A DNA stretch of 64,000 bases. Source: Psychromonas sp. GTDB taxonomy: Bacteria > Pseudomonadota > Gammaproteobacteria > Enterobacterales > Psychromonadaceae. A program made the position numbers and the translations under genes. The first letter of the stretch is position 1. The number at the start of each line of letters is the position of its first letter. Below are positions 22,668 through 32,585 of this stretch, in pieces. Below the pieces are notes generated by a model. That model made no database searches. It worked only from the letters and a program-made list of their open reading frames with translations, and had not been told where the DNA came from. The stretch spans positions 6,285 to 70,284 of the forward strand of contig NZ_JBLIEK010000002.1 in assembly GCF_047632995.1 (NCBI RefSeq), in the 5' to 3' direction.

Positions 22668-23459
22668 TCACATAATACAATTTTGTCGCGGCACATTGAT
22701 TGCCGGCAATTTTGCAATCTGTTTTTGTAACTCCTCAATACGTGTTGCGTGCGAAGGATGGGTTGATAACAGTTCGGGCGGCTGGTTACCACCTGAAGCC
22801 TTGGCCATATTTTTCCAAAGTTCAATGCTTTGCTTGGGATCAAAACCGGCTTCAGCCATCAAACGTAAACCAATAATATCCGACTCGGACTCTTCAGCTC
22901 GTCCGTAAGGCATTAGGATGCCATATTGCACACCTAACCCAAGCCCCGCCATCGCTATATTTTGATATTCACTGCCATTCATTGCCATATTTGAAAGCTG
23001 TAAACCGGCATTGGCTAACTGGCTACGAGAAAGCCTTTCATTACTGTGTTGCGCCATGACATGACCTATTTCATGGCCAATAACTGTCGCCAGTTGATCC
23101 TGATTCTTAGCAACATTAAGCAAACCTCTATAAACACCGATTTTACCGCCAGGCAGTGCGAAGGCATTCACTTGCTCACTATCAAAAACCACCACTTCCC
23201 ATTCACTAAAATCAGGCTGAGGCCCCAAACGTGCAGTAATAGCGTGGCTAACACACTGTACATATTGATTGATTTTAGGATCGTGATTAATCTTCTCCTG
23301 TTTTTTTAACTCCTCAAATGATTGCGCGCCCAGTTGAGACATATCATTGCCGGAGAAAAGCAAAACCTGCGGCCGGCCTGTGGGCGAGCTGGAACAAGCA
23401 AAAAGAGTTAATGAAGCGGCAAGCATCGCTACCGCTAAGCGAGAGTGTTGTAGCTGCAT
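22668..23459 (-). CDS. M48 family metallopeptidase lipoprotein
   Basis: Lipobox LFAC, NAFALPGGK, HEIGH zinc motif, ESESD, LSTHP. Confidence 0.9.
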   Translation of the reverse strand: MQLQHSRLAVAMLAASLTLFACSSSPTGRPQVLLFSGNDMSQLGAQSFEELKKQEKINHDPKINQYVQCVSHAITARLGPQPDFSEWEVVVFDSEQVNAFALPGGKIGVYRGLLNVAKNQDQLATVIGHEIGHVMAQHSNERLSRSQLANAGLQLSNMAMNGSEYQNIAMAGLGLGVQYGILMPYGRAEESESDIIGLRLMAEAGFDPKQSIELWKNMAKASGGNQPPELLSTHPSHATRIEELQKQIAKLPAINVPRQNCIM

Positions 23460-23632
23460 ATAGGATTCCTATTCAGAGTGATTATTGTTCCCCCGTTGTA
23501 CTGCAAAAAAGTTTAAAAACAGACTTAGGGATTAAAAAGATAAACTGTAACAGTTTTATACTAGGAAAATTAAGGCTGATTAGCGAATCACTAATCAGCC
23601 TTATCTATTAAAAAAACGCATTTATTGAAGGA

Positions 23633-23743
23633 TTAAATTTTACCTTTATTGGCTTTTTTCTCCCGTTTCTCATTGCGCTTTTCTTTCATTGTTTTTTCAG
23701 ATTTTTTCTTCTCTGATTTTTGCGAATCTTGTCCTTTAGCCAT
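23633..23743 (-). CDS. Small Lys/Glu-rich protein (36 aa), not in ORF track
   Basis: MAKGQDSQKSEKKKSEKTMKEKRNEKREKKANKGKI; AAGGA 7 nt before the ATG. Confidence 0.65.
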   Translation of the reverse strand: MAKGQDSQKSEKKKSEKTMKEKRNEKREKKANKGKI

Positions 23744-24008
23744 GATCTTATCCTTTATTACCGTTAGATATATTGACTGGATCTGTTTCATCACACACTC
23801 AAAGTGCAATCATTAGCGCCGGATTTATCCTCTTTGACTAACACACTTAGCATACGCCAAATAAATACAAACGATAGATTAAAAGTACTTTATTTTAACA
23901 AATACTTTCACTTATTATTAGGGACCATTGACCTTTCGCGTTTATTTTTAAACGAGGGAAGTCAACAACCCCTAGATTTCAAAAATCAGAGAATAAAGAA
24001 GCGAAAAA

Positions 24009-24566
24009 TCAATCACAATCTTGACGGAAGCTCTGATGACTTTTTCTGATGTGGGTTTTAAGCTGCCCCAAAATTGCTTTAATCTCGTCTTTATCTTGGG
24101 TGTTAGCCAACGACTTAAATAGATCTTGAAGCTGATTAATCCCCTGCATATATTGCATATGCAGGGAATGCTGGGCACTGTTCATCCCTTCCATACCTGC
24201 CATGCCAGACATATCATGGTCGCTGCTATCCATGTCCATATCACCATGATCCATATCAGACATACCCATCTCTTCATTTACCATATTGTCTGCATGCATA
24301 CTTTGAACTTTCAGTGGAGTTTGCTCTGCAGCGATTGCGCTGAGCTTTAACAACCCATTCATATGGTCCTGCATCCTTTGTGAATCATCATCTTTAAAAG
24401 CTTTTACATAACCCCGCAGAGAGCTTTTCATATCTTTCATCGCACTTCCCAACTGGGTCTTTTCAATATCACAATGTTTTTCATGGGCGAGTGCGCTGGC
24501 AAATGGGGTGGCTAAAAAGAGTAATCCACCGAGTGCTAATGCAATTTTACTTTTATTAATATTCAT
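24009..24566 (-). CDS. Cytochrome b562-like periplasmic protein with Met/His-rich insertion
   Basis: Signal peptide; AMKDM (Met7-like), AEQTPLK (cf. QKATPPK), KSHQSFR (cf. AYHQKYR); 13 Met and 5 His in about 50 internal residues. Confidence 0.7.
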   Translation of the reverse strand: MNINKSKIALALGGLLFLATPFASALAHEKHCDIEKTQLGSAMKDMKSSLRGYVKAFKDDDSQRMQDHMNGLLKLSAIAAEQTPLKVQSMHADNMVNEEMGMSDMDHGDMDMDSSDHDMSGMAGMEGMNSAQHSLHMQYMQGINQLQDLFKSLANTQDKDEIKAILGQLKTHIRKSHQSFRQDCD

Positions 24567-24610
24567 ACTTTTCCTTTGATTTATTTACTGGGGTAATTTT
24601 TGATAAAATA

Positions 24611-24638
24611 GTTAACCCTTTACAGATAAAGGGTTAAC
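24611..24638. terminator. Perfect 12-bp hairpin between cusA and the b562-like gene
   Basis: GTTAACCCTTTA-CAGA-TAAAGGGTTAAC. Confidence 0.55.
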
Positions 24639-24647
24639 CTGTTTGTC

Positions 24648-27600
24648 TTAATTCATATTGAATTTTTTACGCAAGCTGATTTTTTTCCATTGGAAATAGA
24701 CCGAAGGTAAAATAAGCAAGGTCAAAATAATTGCGCTGACCATGCCGCCGATCATCGGTGTTGCTATACGCTGCATTACCGATGATCCCGTTCCATCCCC
24801 AAACATAATAGGGACTAAACCCATCACCACAACGGCCACTGTCATCATCACGGGTCGCACACGTAACCCTGCCCCTTCCATTACCGCTTCTTTTAAATCC
24901 CTGACATTAAAATGCTCAAGACGTTGCATCTTTTTAGCTTCTAAGGATTGGTTTAAATATAAAAGCATAATGACGCCAATCTCTATCGAGACACCGGCAA
25001 GTGCGATAAAACCGACCCCGACCGCAACCGAGAAGTTAAAACCAAGCAGGTACATCAGCCAAATCCCCCCCATTAAAGCAAATGGCAGTGTGGATATAAT
25101 CAGCAAGACCTCCCCGACGCGGCGGAAGGCTAAATACAGTAGGATAATTATGATAGCGAGTGTCACCGGTATCACTTTTGCCAAACGTGCATTGGCTTTT
25201 TCCATATATTCATATTGTCCAGACCAGACGATTGAATATCCTCCCGGTAACGTTAGTTGCTCATTAACAATCTGCTGTGCATCTTCAACATAAGAGCCCA
25301 AATCACGATTTTCAATATCAACAAAAATCCAACCATTAAGACGCGCATTTTCTGTTTTTATCATCGGCGCGCCCGCTTCGATATAAACATCCGCGACATC
25401 AGCTAAGCTGATATTCATTTTGCTTGGCGTGACAATCGGCAGACTTTTGAGTGCGCTTACTGAGTCGCGATAATCATTCGGATAACGTAAATTGACCGGA
25501 TAACGCTCCAGCCCTTCAATGGTTTCGGTGATATTTTTACCGCCAATAGCAACCGCAACCAGTTGCTGTATTTCGGCAATATTTAGCCCGTAACGCCCCG
25601 CTTTTGCACGGTTAATATCGACTTTCACATAACGACCACCCGTTACTCGCTCTGCGTATACTGAGGCAGTACCCTCTACATCTTTTAAGATAGTCTCAAT
25701 CTGCTTACCAATTTTTTCAATCTCACCTAAATCCGCGCCCGCTATTTTGATACCAATCGGCGTTTTAATACCCGTTGCTAACATATCGATACGCGTTTTA
25801 ATCGGCATCACCCAAGCATTAGTTAAACCGGGGAATTGAATCAGACTATCGAGCTCTTCTATGATCATTTTTTTGGTCATGCCCGCTCGCCATTGATCTT
25901 TAGGTTTGAATTGAATGGTGGTTTCAATCATAGTCAGAGGCGCAGGATCGGTAGCGGTTTCAGCGCGGCCAATTTTCCCCCACACGGTTTTAACTTCCGG
26001 TAGCGTTTTAATCAGTTTATCGGTTTGCTGTAATAATTCACGCGCTTTACCAATAGAAATCCCCGGATAAGTGGTCGGCATATACATCAAGTCGCCTTCA
26101 TCGAGCGGTGGAATAAACTCACTGCCGATTTTACTCACCGGATAGAATCCAACTAATAAAACAGCTAATGCAAAGCTAATAGCCAACTTTGGAAAACGTA
26201 AGCTCAACGCCAACACAGGGGTATATAAAGCCACCAGAAAACGGTTTAATGGGTTTTTATGCTCAGGTAATACTTTACCGCGAATAAAATAGCCCATTAA
26301 CACCGGAATTAAGGTGATTGCCAAACCCGCTGAGGCGGCCATTGCATAGGTTTTAGTAAACGCCAGTGGCGAGAACATCTTGCCCGACTGCCCCTCTAAG
26401 GCAAAAACAGGCAAGAAACTAAAGGTAATAATCAGTAATGAGAAAAACAGTGCGGGGCCAACCTCAAGGGTCGCTTTACTTATCACCTGCCATCGATTTT
26501 CATCGGTAAGCTCTGTTTTCTCCATATGTTTATGGACGTTTTCAATCATCACTATCGCGCCATCGACCATTGCACCAATGGCGATAGCGATACCACCAAG
26601 CGACATAATGTTGGCGTTAATTCCCTGCCACGACATAATAATAAAGGCGACAAAAATCCCTACCGGTAAACTTAATAACACCACTAACGCAGAGCGGAAA
26701 TGGAATAAGAAAGCTGCACAGACCAAAATCACCACGACAAATTCTTCGAGTAATTTATGGTAAAGATTTTCTACGGCATTACCAATTAACACTGAGCGAT
26801 CATAGGTGGTAACAATTTCCACCCCATCGGGCAAGCTTTTTTGCAGCTCATTAAGTTTGTCTTTAACTGCGGCAATCACCCCCTGTGCATTCTCGCCATA
26901 GCGCATCACAATCACGCCACTGACTACTTCACCTTCACCGTTAAGTTCAGTAATGCCACGGCGCATTTGTGGGCCTAAGTTAATGGTCGCCACATCCCCT
27001 AATAAAAGCGGAGTGCCTTTGCTGTTCACTTGTAATGGAATAGATTTGAGATCAGCAATTGAGGAGATATAACCCGAGGTGCGCACCATATATTCGGCTT
27101 CGCCCATCTCGATAACACTGGCCCCACTTTCTTGGTTGGCATTTTGAATCGCAGTGCTGATTTTATTAAGCGGCAAGTTATAAGCGCGCAGTTTGTTCGG
27201 ATCAACACGCACTTGATACTGCTTAACCATGCCGCCGACGGTCGCCACTTCCGAGACACCCGCAACGGTTTGCAGTTCAAATTTTAAAAACCAGTCCTGC
27301 AAACTGCGCAGCTCACTTAAATCATGTTTCCCGCTTTTATCCACCAGCGCGTAACTAAAAATCCAGCCCACGCCCGTTGCGTCCGGTCCTAATGCCGAGC
27401 GTGCCGCCTCCGGCAGATCCGGTGCAACTTGCGACAAATATTCTAAAACACGAGAGCGCGCCCAGTAGATATCGGTATTGTCATCAAAAATGATATACAC
27501 ATAAGAGTCGCCAAAAAATGAGTATCCTCGCACCGTCTTTGCGCCCGGCACCGACAGCATAGCGGTGGTTAACGGATAAGTGACCTGATCTTCAACCACT

Positions 27601-27776
27601 TGCGGCGCCTGCCCGGGATAGCTGGTTTTAATAATAACCTGCACATCAGAGAGATCGGGAATAGCGTCGATCGGTGTTTTCTGCAGAGAAAACACCCCGT
27701 AAGCGACAATCGCAACGGTTATCAACAAAACCATAATACGGTTTTTAATAGACCAATTTATAATTTTCGCAATCAT
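24648..27776 (-). CDS. cusA: CusA/CzcA family heavy-metal RND pump
   Basis: IDAIPDLSDVQVII, YPLTTAML, GAMVDGAIVMIEN, PPLDEGDLMYMP, RVRPVMMT. Confidence 0.95.
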   Translation of the reverse strand: MIAKIINWSIKNRIMVLLITVAIVAYGVFSLQKTPIDAIPDLSDVQVIIKTSYPGQAPQVVEDQVTYPLTTAMLSVPGAKTVRGYSFFGDSYVYIIFDDNTDIYWARSRVLEYLSQVAPDLPEAARSALGPDATGVGWIFSYALVDKSGKHDLSELRSLQDWFLKFELQTVAGVSEVATVGGMVKQYQVRVDPNKLRAYNLPLNKISTAIQNANQESGASVIEMGEAEYMVRTSGYISSIADLKSIPLQVNSKGTPLLLGDVATINLGPQMRRGITELNGEGEVVSGVIVMRYGENAQGVIAAVKDKLNELQKSLPDGVEIVTTYDRSVLIGNAVENLYHKLLEEFVVVILVCAAFLFHFRSALVVLLSLPVGIFVAFIIMSWQGINANIMSLGGIAIAIGAMVDGAIVMIENVHKHMEKTELTDENRWQVISKATLEVGPALFFSLLIITFSFLPVFALEGQSGKMFSPLAFTKTYAMAASAGLAITLIPVLMGYFIRGKVLPEHKNPLNRFLVALYTPVLALSLRFPKLAISFALAVLLVGFYPVSKIGSEFIPPLDEGDLMYMPTTYPGISIGKARELLQQTDKLIKTLPEVKTVWGKIGRAETATDPAPLTMIETTIQFKPKDQWRAGMTKKMIIEELDSLIQFPGLTNAWVMPIKTRIDMLATGIKTPIGIKIAGADLGEIEKIGKQIETILKDVEGTASVYAERVTGGRYVKVDINRAKAGRYGLNIAEIQQLVAVAIGGKNITETIEGLERYPVNLRYPNDYRDSVSALKSLPIVTPSKMNISLADVADVYIEAGAPMIKTENARLNGWIFVDIENRDLGSYVEDAQQIVNEQLTLPGGYSIVWSGQYEYMEKANARLAKVIPVTLAIIIILLYLAFRRVGEVLLIISTLPFALMGGIWLMYLLGFNFSVAVGVGFIALAGVSIEIGVIMLLYLNQSLEAKKMQRLEHFNVRDLKEAVMEGAGLRVRPVMMTVAVVVMGLVPIMFGDGTGSSVMQRIATPMIGGMVSAIILTLLILPSVYFQWKKISLRKKFNMN

Positions 27777-29215
27777 AACGTCACCTCTTGAGTGACCCTG
27801 CCGAAATGAGGGCTATCAGATAAGCCTACATCCAGCCAATCCAAATCATCCTCGGCCAGGCTCGGGTCGTACTCCGGCTCAAGCGCTTGCTTTTCATCCC
27901 GCTTTGACATGCGCTCAAAATCAGCGCTAATACTGGACTCAGAATCTAACAGGAACTGCGCAGAGGTAACGATTTTTTGCCCTTCAGTTAAACCCGATAA
28001 GACTTCCACCGAATTTTTATTTTCCAGCCCTAAATGAACAATCACAGATTTAAAATGACCATTACCTTTAGCGAGCACGACTCGATTCATGTTACCGGCA
28101 TAAATTACCGCTTCGCGTGGAATCTGCAGTGTGCGTTTCTTCATTTGCGGGGTTAGCGTGACACTGGCAAACATATTAGGTTTTAATTGTGCTGCCGGGT
28201 TATCGAATTGCACACGAACTCGTAAGGTACGATTACTGGCATTCATCTCAGGGTAGATAAAATCAACCTGTCCGTCCCATTGCTTTCCCGGAAAATAATC
28301 TAACGTCATAGAGGCTGAATCGCCAAGCTTAACTAATGATACTTGTGCCGCAAAAACTTCAACGTCCACCCAAACCGTATCTAAATTAACCGCTTCAATC
28401 ACCACAGTAGCAGGTGAAATAAACGCCCCTTCATTTAATTTCAGTTCCGAAATGGTGCCTTTTTGCGGCGCGTAGACAGTGATATTCTGCAATACTTTTT
28501 TATTTCTGATTATCTTTTCAATTTGTCCATTACTTACCCCTAATGCATTTAAACGCGTTTTTGATGCACTAATCAAAGCGCTACGATTTAAATTAAGCGC
28601 ATTAAACAGTGACTCCTGGGCTTTTACCAACTCAGGGGAATAAAGTTCAAACAGGGGTTGCCCTTTTTTAACTTCAGCGCCCACCGATTTGACATGAAGT
28701 TTTTCAATCCACCCTGAAACACGGCTATTGATTTGCCACAACTCATTGTCATTGGCCTGCACTGTGCCTAATGTATTGATGGAGATATTTAATGGCTCAT
28801 TAACCACCAAACCGGTGCGTACGCCAAGGTTATTTTCAACAGCAGCGGAGATAGTCACCAAACCAGCTTCAGACCCAGCCTCTTCATATACAGGTACTAA
28901 ATCCATTCCCATCGGGGATTTACCCGGTTTGTCTCTTTGATAATTGGCATCCATCGGTGCCACCCAGTACGAAATTTTAGGCTCTGCTTTTTGCGCATTT
29001 TTCACTTCGGCATAAACAGCCACTAAATCCATTCCCATGGGGGATTTTCCCGGTTTGTCACGCTGATAATTGGCATCCATAGGCGCAACCCAATACAGGA
29101 TTTCTGGCTCTGCTGTTTTTTCTGTTGAGGTAAATAAAGCATTGATTTGCGCGCTCGTCGCTACGAAGAAGCCAATCAATAAACCGACAATTAACACTAA
29201 TAAATAACGCATCAT
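27773..29215 (-). CDS. cusB: CusB family membrane fusion protein with two heavy-metal-binding repeats
   Basis: WVAPMDANYQRDKPGKSPMGMDLV twice, LYSPELVKAQ, LKPNMFA, SAQFLLDSES. Confidence 0.92.
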   Translation of the reverse strand: MMRYLLVLIVGLLIGFFVATSAQINALFTSTEKTAEPEILYWVAPMDANYQRDKPGKSPMGMDLVAVYAEVKNAQKAEPKISYWVAPMDANYQRDKPGKSPMGMDLVPVYEEAGSEAGLVTISAAVENNLGVRTGLVVNEPLNISINTLGTVQANDNELWQINSRVSGWIEKLHVKSVGAEVKKGQPLFELYSPELVKAQESLFNALNLNRSALISASKTRLNALGVSNGQIEKIIRNKKVLQNITVYAPQKGTISELKLNEGAFISPATVVIEAVNLDTVWVDVEVFAAQVSLVKLGDSASMTLDYFPGKQWDGQVDFIYPEMNASNRTLRVRVQFDNPAAQLKPNMFASVTLTPQMKKRTLQIPREAVIYAGNMNRVVLAKGNGHFKSVIVHLGLENKNSVEVLSGLTEGQKIVTSAQFLLDSESSISADFERMSKRDEKQALEPEYDPSLAEDDLDWLDVGLSDSPHFGRVTQEVTL

Positions 29216-29224
29216 AATTTCCTA

Positions 29225-30529
29225 TTAAAGTGCCTGAAAATAACGGATTTTAGACAGGCTTTTCAGACCATCGAAATACAGTTGTTGATATTCTAAAGAG
29301 AGGTTCTGTTCGTGGATGTAAGCATCAATCACATCATTAAAGGAGCGTGTATTAGACTGGTAACTTTCCTCCAGCAACTTAACATGCAGTTTCGCCTGTT
29401 CCAGAAGACTCTCTTGGTAACGGGTTATCCGTTCTTGTAGCTGCTGATAATTAACAATTTCGGCCGTTAACAGGGTATTTAACTGGCGCAGTAACAGACG
29501 CTGTTGCGCTTGTTTCTCTCCTTTTACTTGCTGTGCTGAAATGAGTTTTTGATCTTGGCGCTTATCGGTAAACAGCGGAATATCCATCGACACAAAACCA
29601 CTGAGCAGATCCGACCTAGGTTCGCCCATCTCGGTTTCACTTAACCTATGCCCGTAACCCACTTCCAGCTTAAAGCTGGGTTTGTAATCCTGTTCGGCAA
29701 GCTCGATGCGGTTATCTGCCAGCAGCACATTTTGCGCCAACAGTTTGGCTTTAGGGTGGCCACTGAGCAGCGTGTAATGATCCTGCTGTTTGCCATTGGC
29801 GAGATTTACATAAATGCGGGTTTCTGACCACTGCGGAATATCACTAGGCAGTGGCTGATAGGCGTACTGACCAATCCACTCGCTTAACAAACTGCGGTAA
29901 TTAAGCGATTGCTGGGTTAATCCGGCAATTTTATCATCGAATTTATTAAGCTCAATTTCAGCCGCAATCAGATCCTCACTCTCGCTAAGCCCCAGTGAAA
30001 ATTTGGATTGTAGGTCGCGATAAAAAGCAGAAAAAAGCGCTCTATTTTCGCTTACCAAATCCTGCGACTTTTCAACAAAAAGGATGCTAAACCACAGCTG
30101 CTGTACGCTTCGTTTCACCATCAGTTGGCGATCTGCCCCCTGCAACACGGCAAGATCGGATTGCTGGTTAAAGCCTTTTTGGGTCAATTCACGTTGCGAA
30201 CCACGACTAAATTGTTGCGATAACCCCACGGTGAGTTGCGTCATAGGATCTTTGTCTAATTGAAAACTGTCTGTCGGCACGTTGGCCACACCCAGTTTTA
30301 TCATAGGATCGGCCAGCGTCGAACTGGCAATGCCCTGTGCTATCAATGCAGCTTGTTGGGATTGATATATTTGCTGCGCAGGATCTGAGGCAAGCGCCAT
30401 CTGCTCAGCTTGATCAAGGCTAATACCTTGCGCAAAGAGGTTAAAACTAAGCAAAAACGTAAAACCAAATAGGCTGTTAAAGCGCAAACGCTTGCTTGAT
30501 ATAAAATATTTAGTGATGTTCATCACCAC
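29225..30529 (-). CDS. TolC-family outer-membrane factor of the Cus-type system
   Basis: Signal peptide, DPMIKLGVANVP, SMDIPLF; directly upstream of cusBA. Confidence 0.88.
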   Translation of the reverse strand: MVMNITKYFISSKRLRFNSLFGFTFLLSFNLFAQGISLDQAEQMALASDPAQQIYQSQQAALIAQGIASSTLADPMIKLGVANVPTDSFQLDKDPMTQLTVGLSQQFSRGSQRELTQKGFNQQSDLAVLQGADRQLMVKRSVQQLWFSILFVEKSQDLVSENRALFSAFYRDLQSKFSLGLSESEDLIAAEIELNKFDDKIAGLTQQSLNYRSLLSEWIGQYAYQPLPSDIPQWSETRIYVNLANGKQQDHYTLLSGHPKAKLLAQNVLLADNRIELAEQDYKPSFKLEVGYGHRLSETEMGEPRSDLLSGFVSMDIPLFTDKRQDQKLISAQQVKGEKQAQQRLLLRQLNTLLTAEIVNYQQLQERITRYQESLLEQAKLHVKLLEESYQSNTRSFNDVIDAYIHEQNLSLEYQQLYFDGLKSLSKIRYFQAL

Positions 30530-30699
30530 ACTCCTTTATTACAATGCCTGCTATTGCCACCTTTTCTCTTTTCTAAAAAAGTAACAAAGGGTAAACAGAG
30601 GCATTAAGTAAAATTAAATTAATCTATTTATTGATAAATAAAGTCTAAAAAACAAAAAAAATCAAAGTGTTACTTCAACTAAAATGAAGCAAAAAACAG

Positions 30700-31059
30700 T
30701 TAACTTAGAAAGGGGGGCCGATATAAAGATTCAGGAAAGTAATAGGGGGAGGCAGCGTTACCAGTTGGGTAAGTAAGCAGTAACGGAGGCTGATAAAGAT
30801 GTCGGTGTGGGTCAATAAAAGAAAGCACCGCAGGCACAGTCATAAAATCACAATCGCCTTGACAGTCCATGGTATGAGACATTCCATCACCACAATCTGT
30901 TCTACTCATATCCATCTGCGCTTCATTGAAACCCATAGAGATGGGACAATTCACCATCGAAGCCGTTTTATTTTCTAATAGAGGTGCAAACGCCGTGACT
31001 TTCTGAGTGAAAGTTAGCAGAGTTGTAAGCATCAAAATTAACGTAATAAATCGTTTCAT
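30700..31059 (-). CDS. Cys/Met/His-rich small protein ending in RPP (DUF2946/CzcI-like leader)
   Basis: Hydrophobic N-terminus, CQGDC, terminal SLYRPPFLS; first gene after a CueR promoter. Confidence 0.65.
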   Translation of the reverse strand: MKRFITLILMLTTLLTFTQKVTAFAPLLENKTASMVNCPISMGFNEAQMDMSRTDCGDGMSHTMDCQGDCDFMTVPAVLSFIDPHRHLYQPPLLLTYPTGNAASPYYFPESLYRPPFLS

Positions 31060-31090
31060 ATTTCAAATCGACAGGTGAAGGAATAAAAGT

Positions 31091-31121
31091 ATATTAGGCT
31101 ATCCCCTAGGGGTAAGGTCAA
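31091..31121 (-). promoter_or_regulatory. CueR/MerR-type promoter of the cus operon
   Basis: TTGACC-TTACCCCTAGGGGATAGCC(19 bp)-TAATAT. Confidence 0.85.
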
Positions 31122-31285
31122 GTTTTATGTAATACTTTTTTGTTGTTTGTGTGAGCAAAATAGTCTAGGAAATTGGTCTCAAATTTACATTCAAAGCAAT
31201 GCCCAAATTTATGTTGCAGTATTAAGCATTCATAAAAGTGGGGGATAAATGACAGCCCACTCTATGCTTCATTTAGATAAAAAAA

Positions 31286-31660
31286 TTAACGATTATTACT
31301 CGCCCTTTCTTGGTAATGATAAATCACATTAACAGCACTTACATATTCGATCTCCCCCTCCGAATTCATTTTTTCTTGTACTGTTACATAGCTTCCCTCT
31401 TTAAGATGGAAGCTATTCTGATACCACACAGCAGCATTTAGTTGTTTCTTAAGTTCTTTTGCAGTACTGCTTTCAAGGGTATGTAATTTATCCAAGCCAA
31501 GCAGATAAGATTCTTGTTTATTTTGAGTCGCTTCAGTGTATATAATTGTTGCATGGCTTTGTCTCACATCACGACCATTATATTCACCTGATTGCGCCAC
31601 CGCCCCTGCACTAGCGAAAACGAGGGATGTAACAAGCGCGAAAGTTTTTATAGTATTCAT
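31286..31660 (-). CDS. DUF3316-like exported protein
   Basis: Signal peptide; YVTVQEKMNSEGEIEYVSAVNVIYHY resembles the Vibrio DUF3316 C-terminus; GAGG before ATG 31660. Confidence 0.65.
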   Translation of the reverse strand: MNTIKTFALVTSLVFASAGAVAQSGEYNGRDVRQSHATIIYTEATQNKQESYLLGLDKLHTLESSTAKELKKQLNAAVWYQNSFHLKEGSYVTVQEKMNSEGEIEYVSAVNVIYHYQERASNNR

Positions 31661-31732
31661 GATTGGTACCTCTAAGTTTATTAGCTTGGATGCATGATAC
31701 GGTAAGCAAATTGACAAAGACCTGTCGCCAAG

Positions 31733-31747
31733 ATTACATTTTTGTAA
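31733..31747 (-). promoter_or_regulatory. cop box (CopR/CusR-type site)
   Basis: TTACA-AAAA-TGTAAT about 75 bp upstream of the DUF3316-like gene. Confidence 0.6.
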
Positions 31748-31924
31748 CCAACCTCAGCTCGGGATTAAATTTCAGTTTAATTAAATATGAGCATAAGCGA
31801 ATTCATGAATTTATTTTGTTGACACAGAAGTTCAAATGGGTTGATGATTATAAAGAAAAAGATGAGCGTAGAGGTAAAAGTAATTTGCATTGGCAATGCT
31901 CAAAATTCCTACAACAGTATTGTA

Positions 31925-32254
31925 TTACTTGTCTTTCATGGTTGCATAAAAAGCAGCAATATCTGCCATATCTTGATCATTTAATGCAGACAACTGAGTG
32001 CGCATCATTTCAGCAAGGCCTCCTTTTCGATCACCATTTTGGTAAGCTTTCATTGCATTAAATAAATAACGCTCATTTTGACCTTGTAGATTGGGATAAT
32101 TTGGCATGGTAGCAATACCATCAATACCATGACAAAAACGACAACTTGGCGTCTTAAGCGGGCCTAAACTAGCATTTCCTTGATAGGATTCCCCTAGAGC
32201 ATTAAAAGTTGCTAAAGAGAGAAGACTAAAAAAAATGAACCCTGTTTTAATCAC
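31925..32254 (-). CDS. Monoheme c-type cytochrome (c553/c554-like)
   Basis: Signal peptide, CRFCH, PNLQGQNERYL, AEMM axial Met region. Confidence 0.9.
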   Translation of the reverse strand: MIKTGFIFFSLLSLATFNALGESYQGNASLGPLKTPSCRFCHGIDGIATMPNYPNLQGQNERYLFNAMKAYQNGDRKGGLAEMMRTQLSALNDQDMADIAAFYATMKDK

Positions 32255-32585
32255 TATTGAATTCCTTATTTGATATGAATGAGAAATGCTAACACCTGGA
32301 ATATGAATACGCAGCCTTGCAACATAAATCCCCTCGCTGTTATATTTGCACCGAAAACTAATCTCCTCCCTGATGAGCCGTATAGTGACTCTTTAGGGCT
32401 AGCTGCCCATATATTTGGATTAATAAGTGGCTAACCTACTGCTTAAAATGGGAAATAACCAACCGTACACAAGCAATACCTTGTCAAACATGGCCTAGCG
32501 CTTCAATATCGAGAGGTGTAGCATCTAAATTCAATGAGATATAGCGATAAACAGTTAAAAGTGTGCGCTGATATTGCCTTTAACC

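Noticed and set aside
32350-32410. Hammerhead ribozyme or fluoride riboswitch suggested by CTGATGAG and a nearby GAAA
   Set aside because: Stem II and III pairings cannot be formed in any permutation, and the crcB-type pseudoknot is absent
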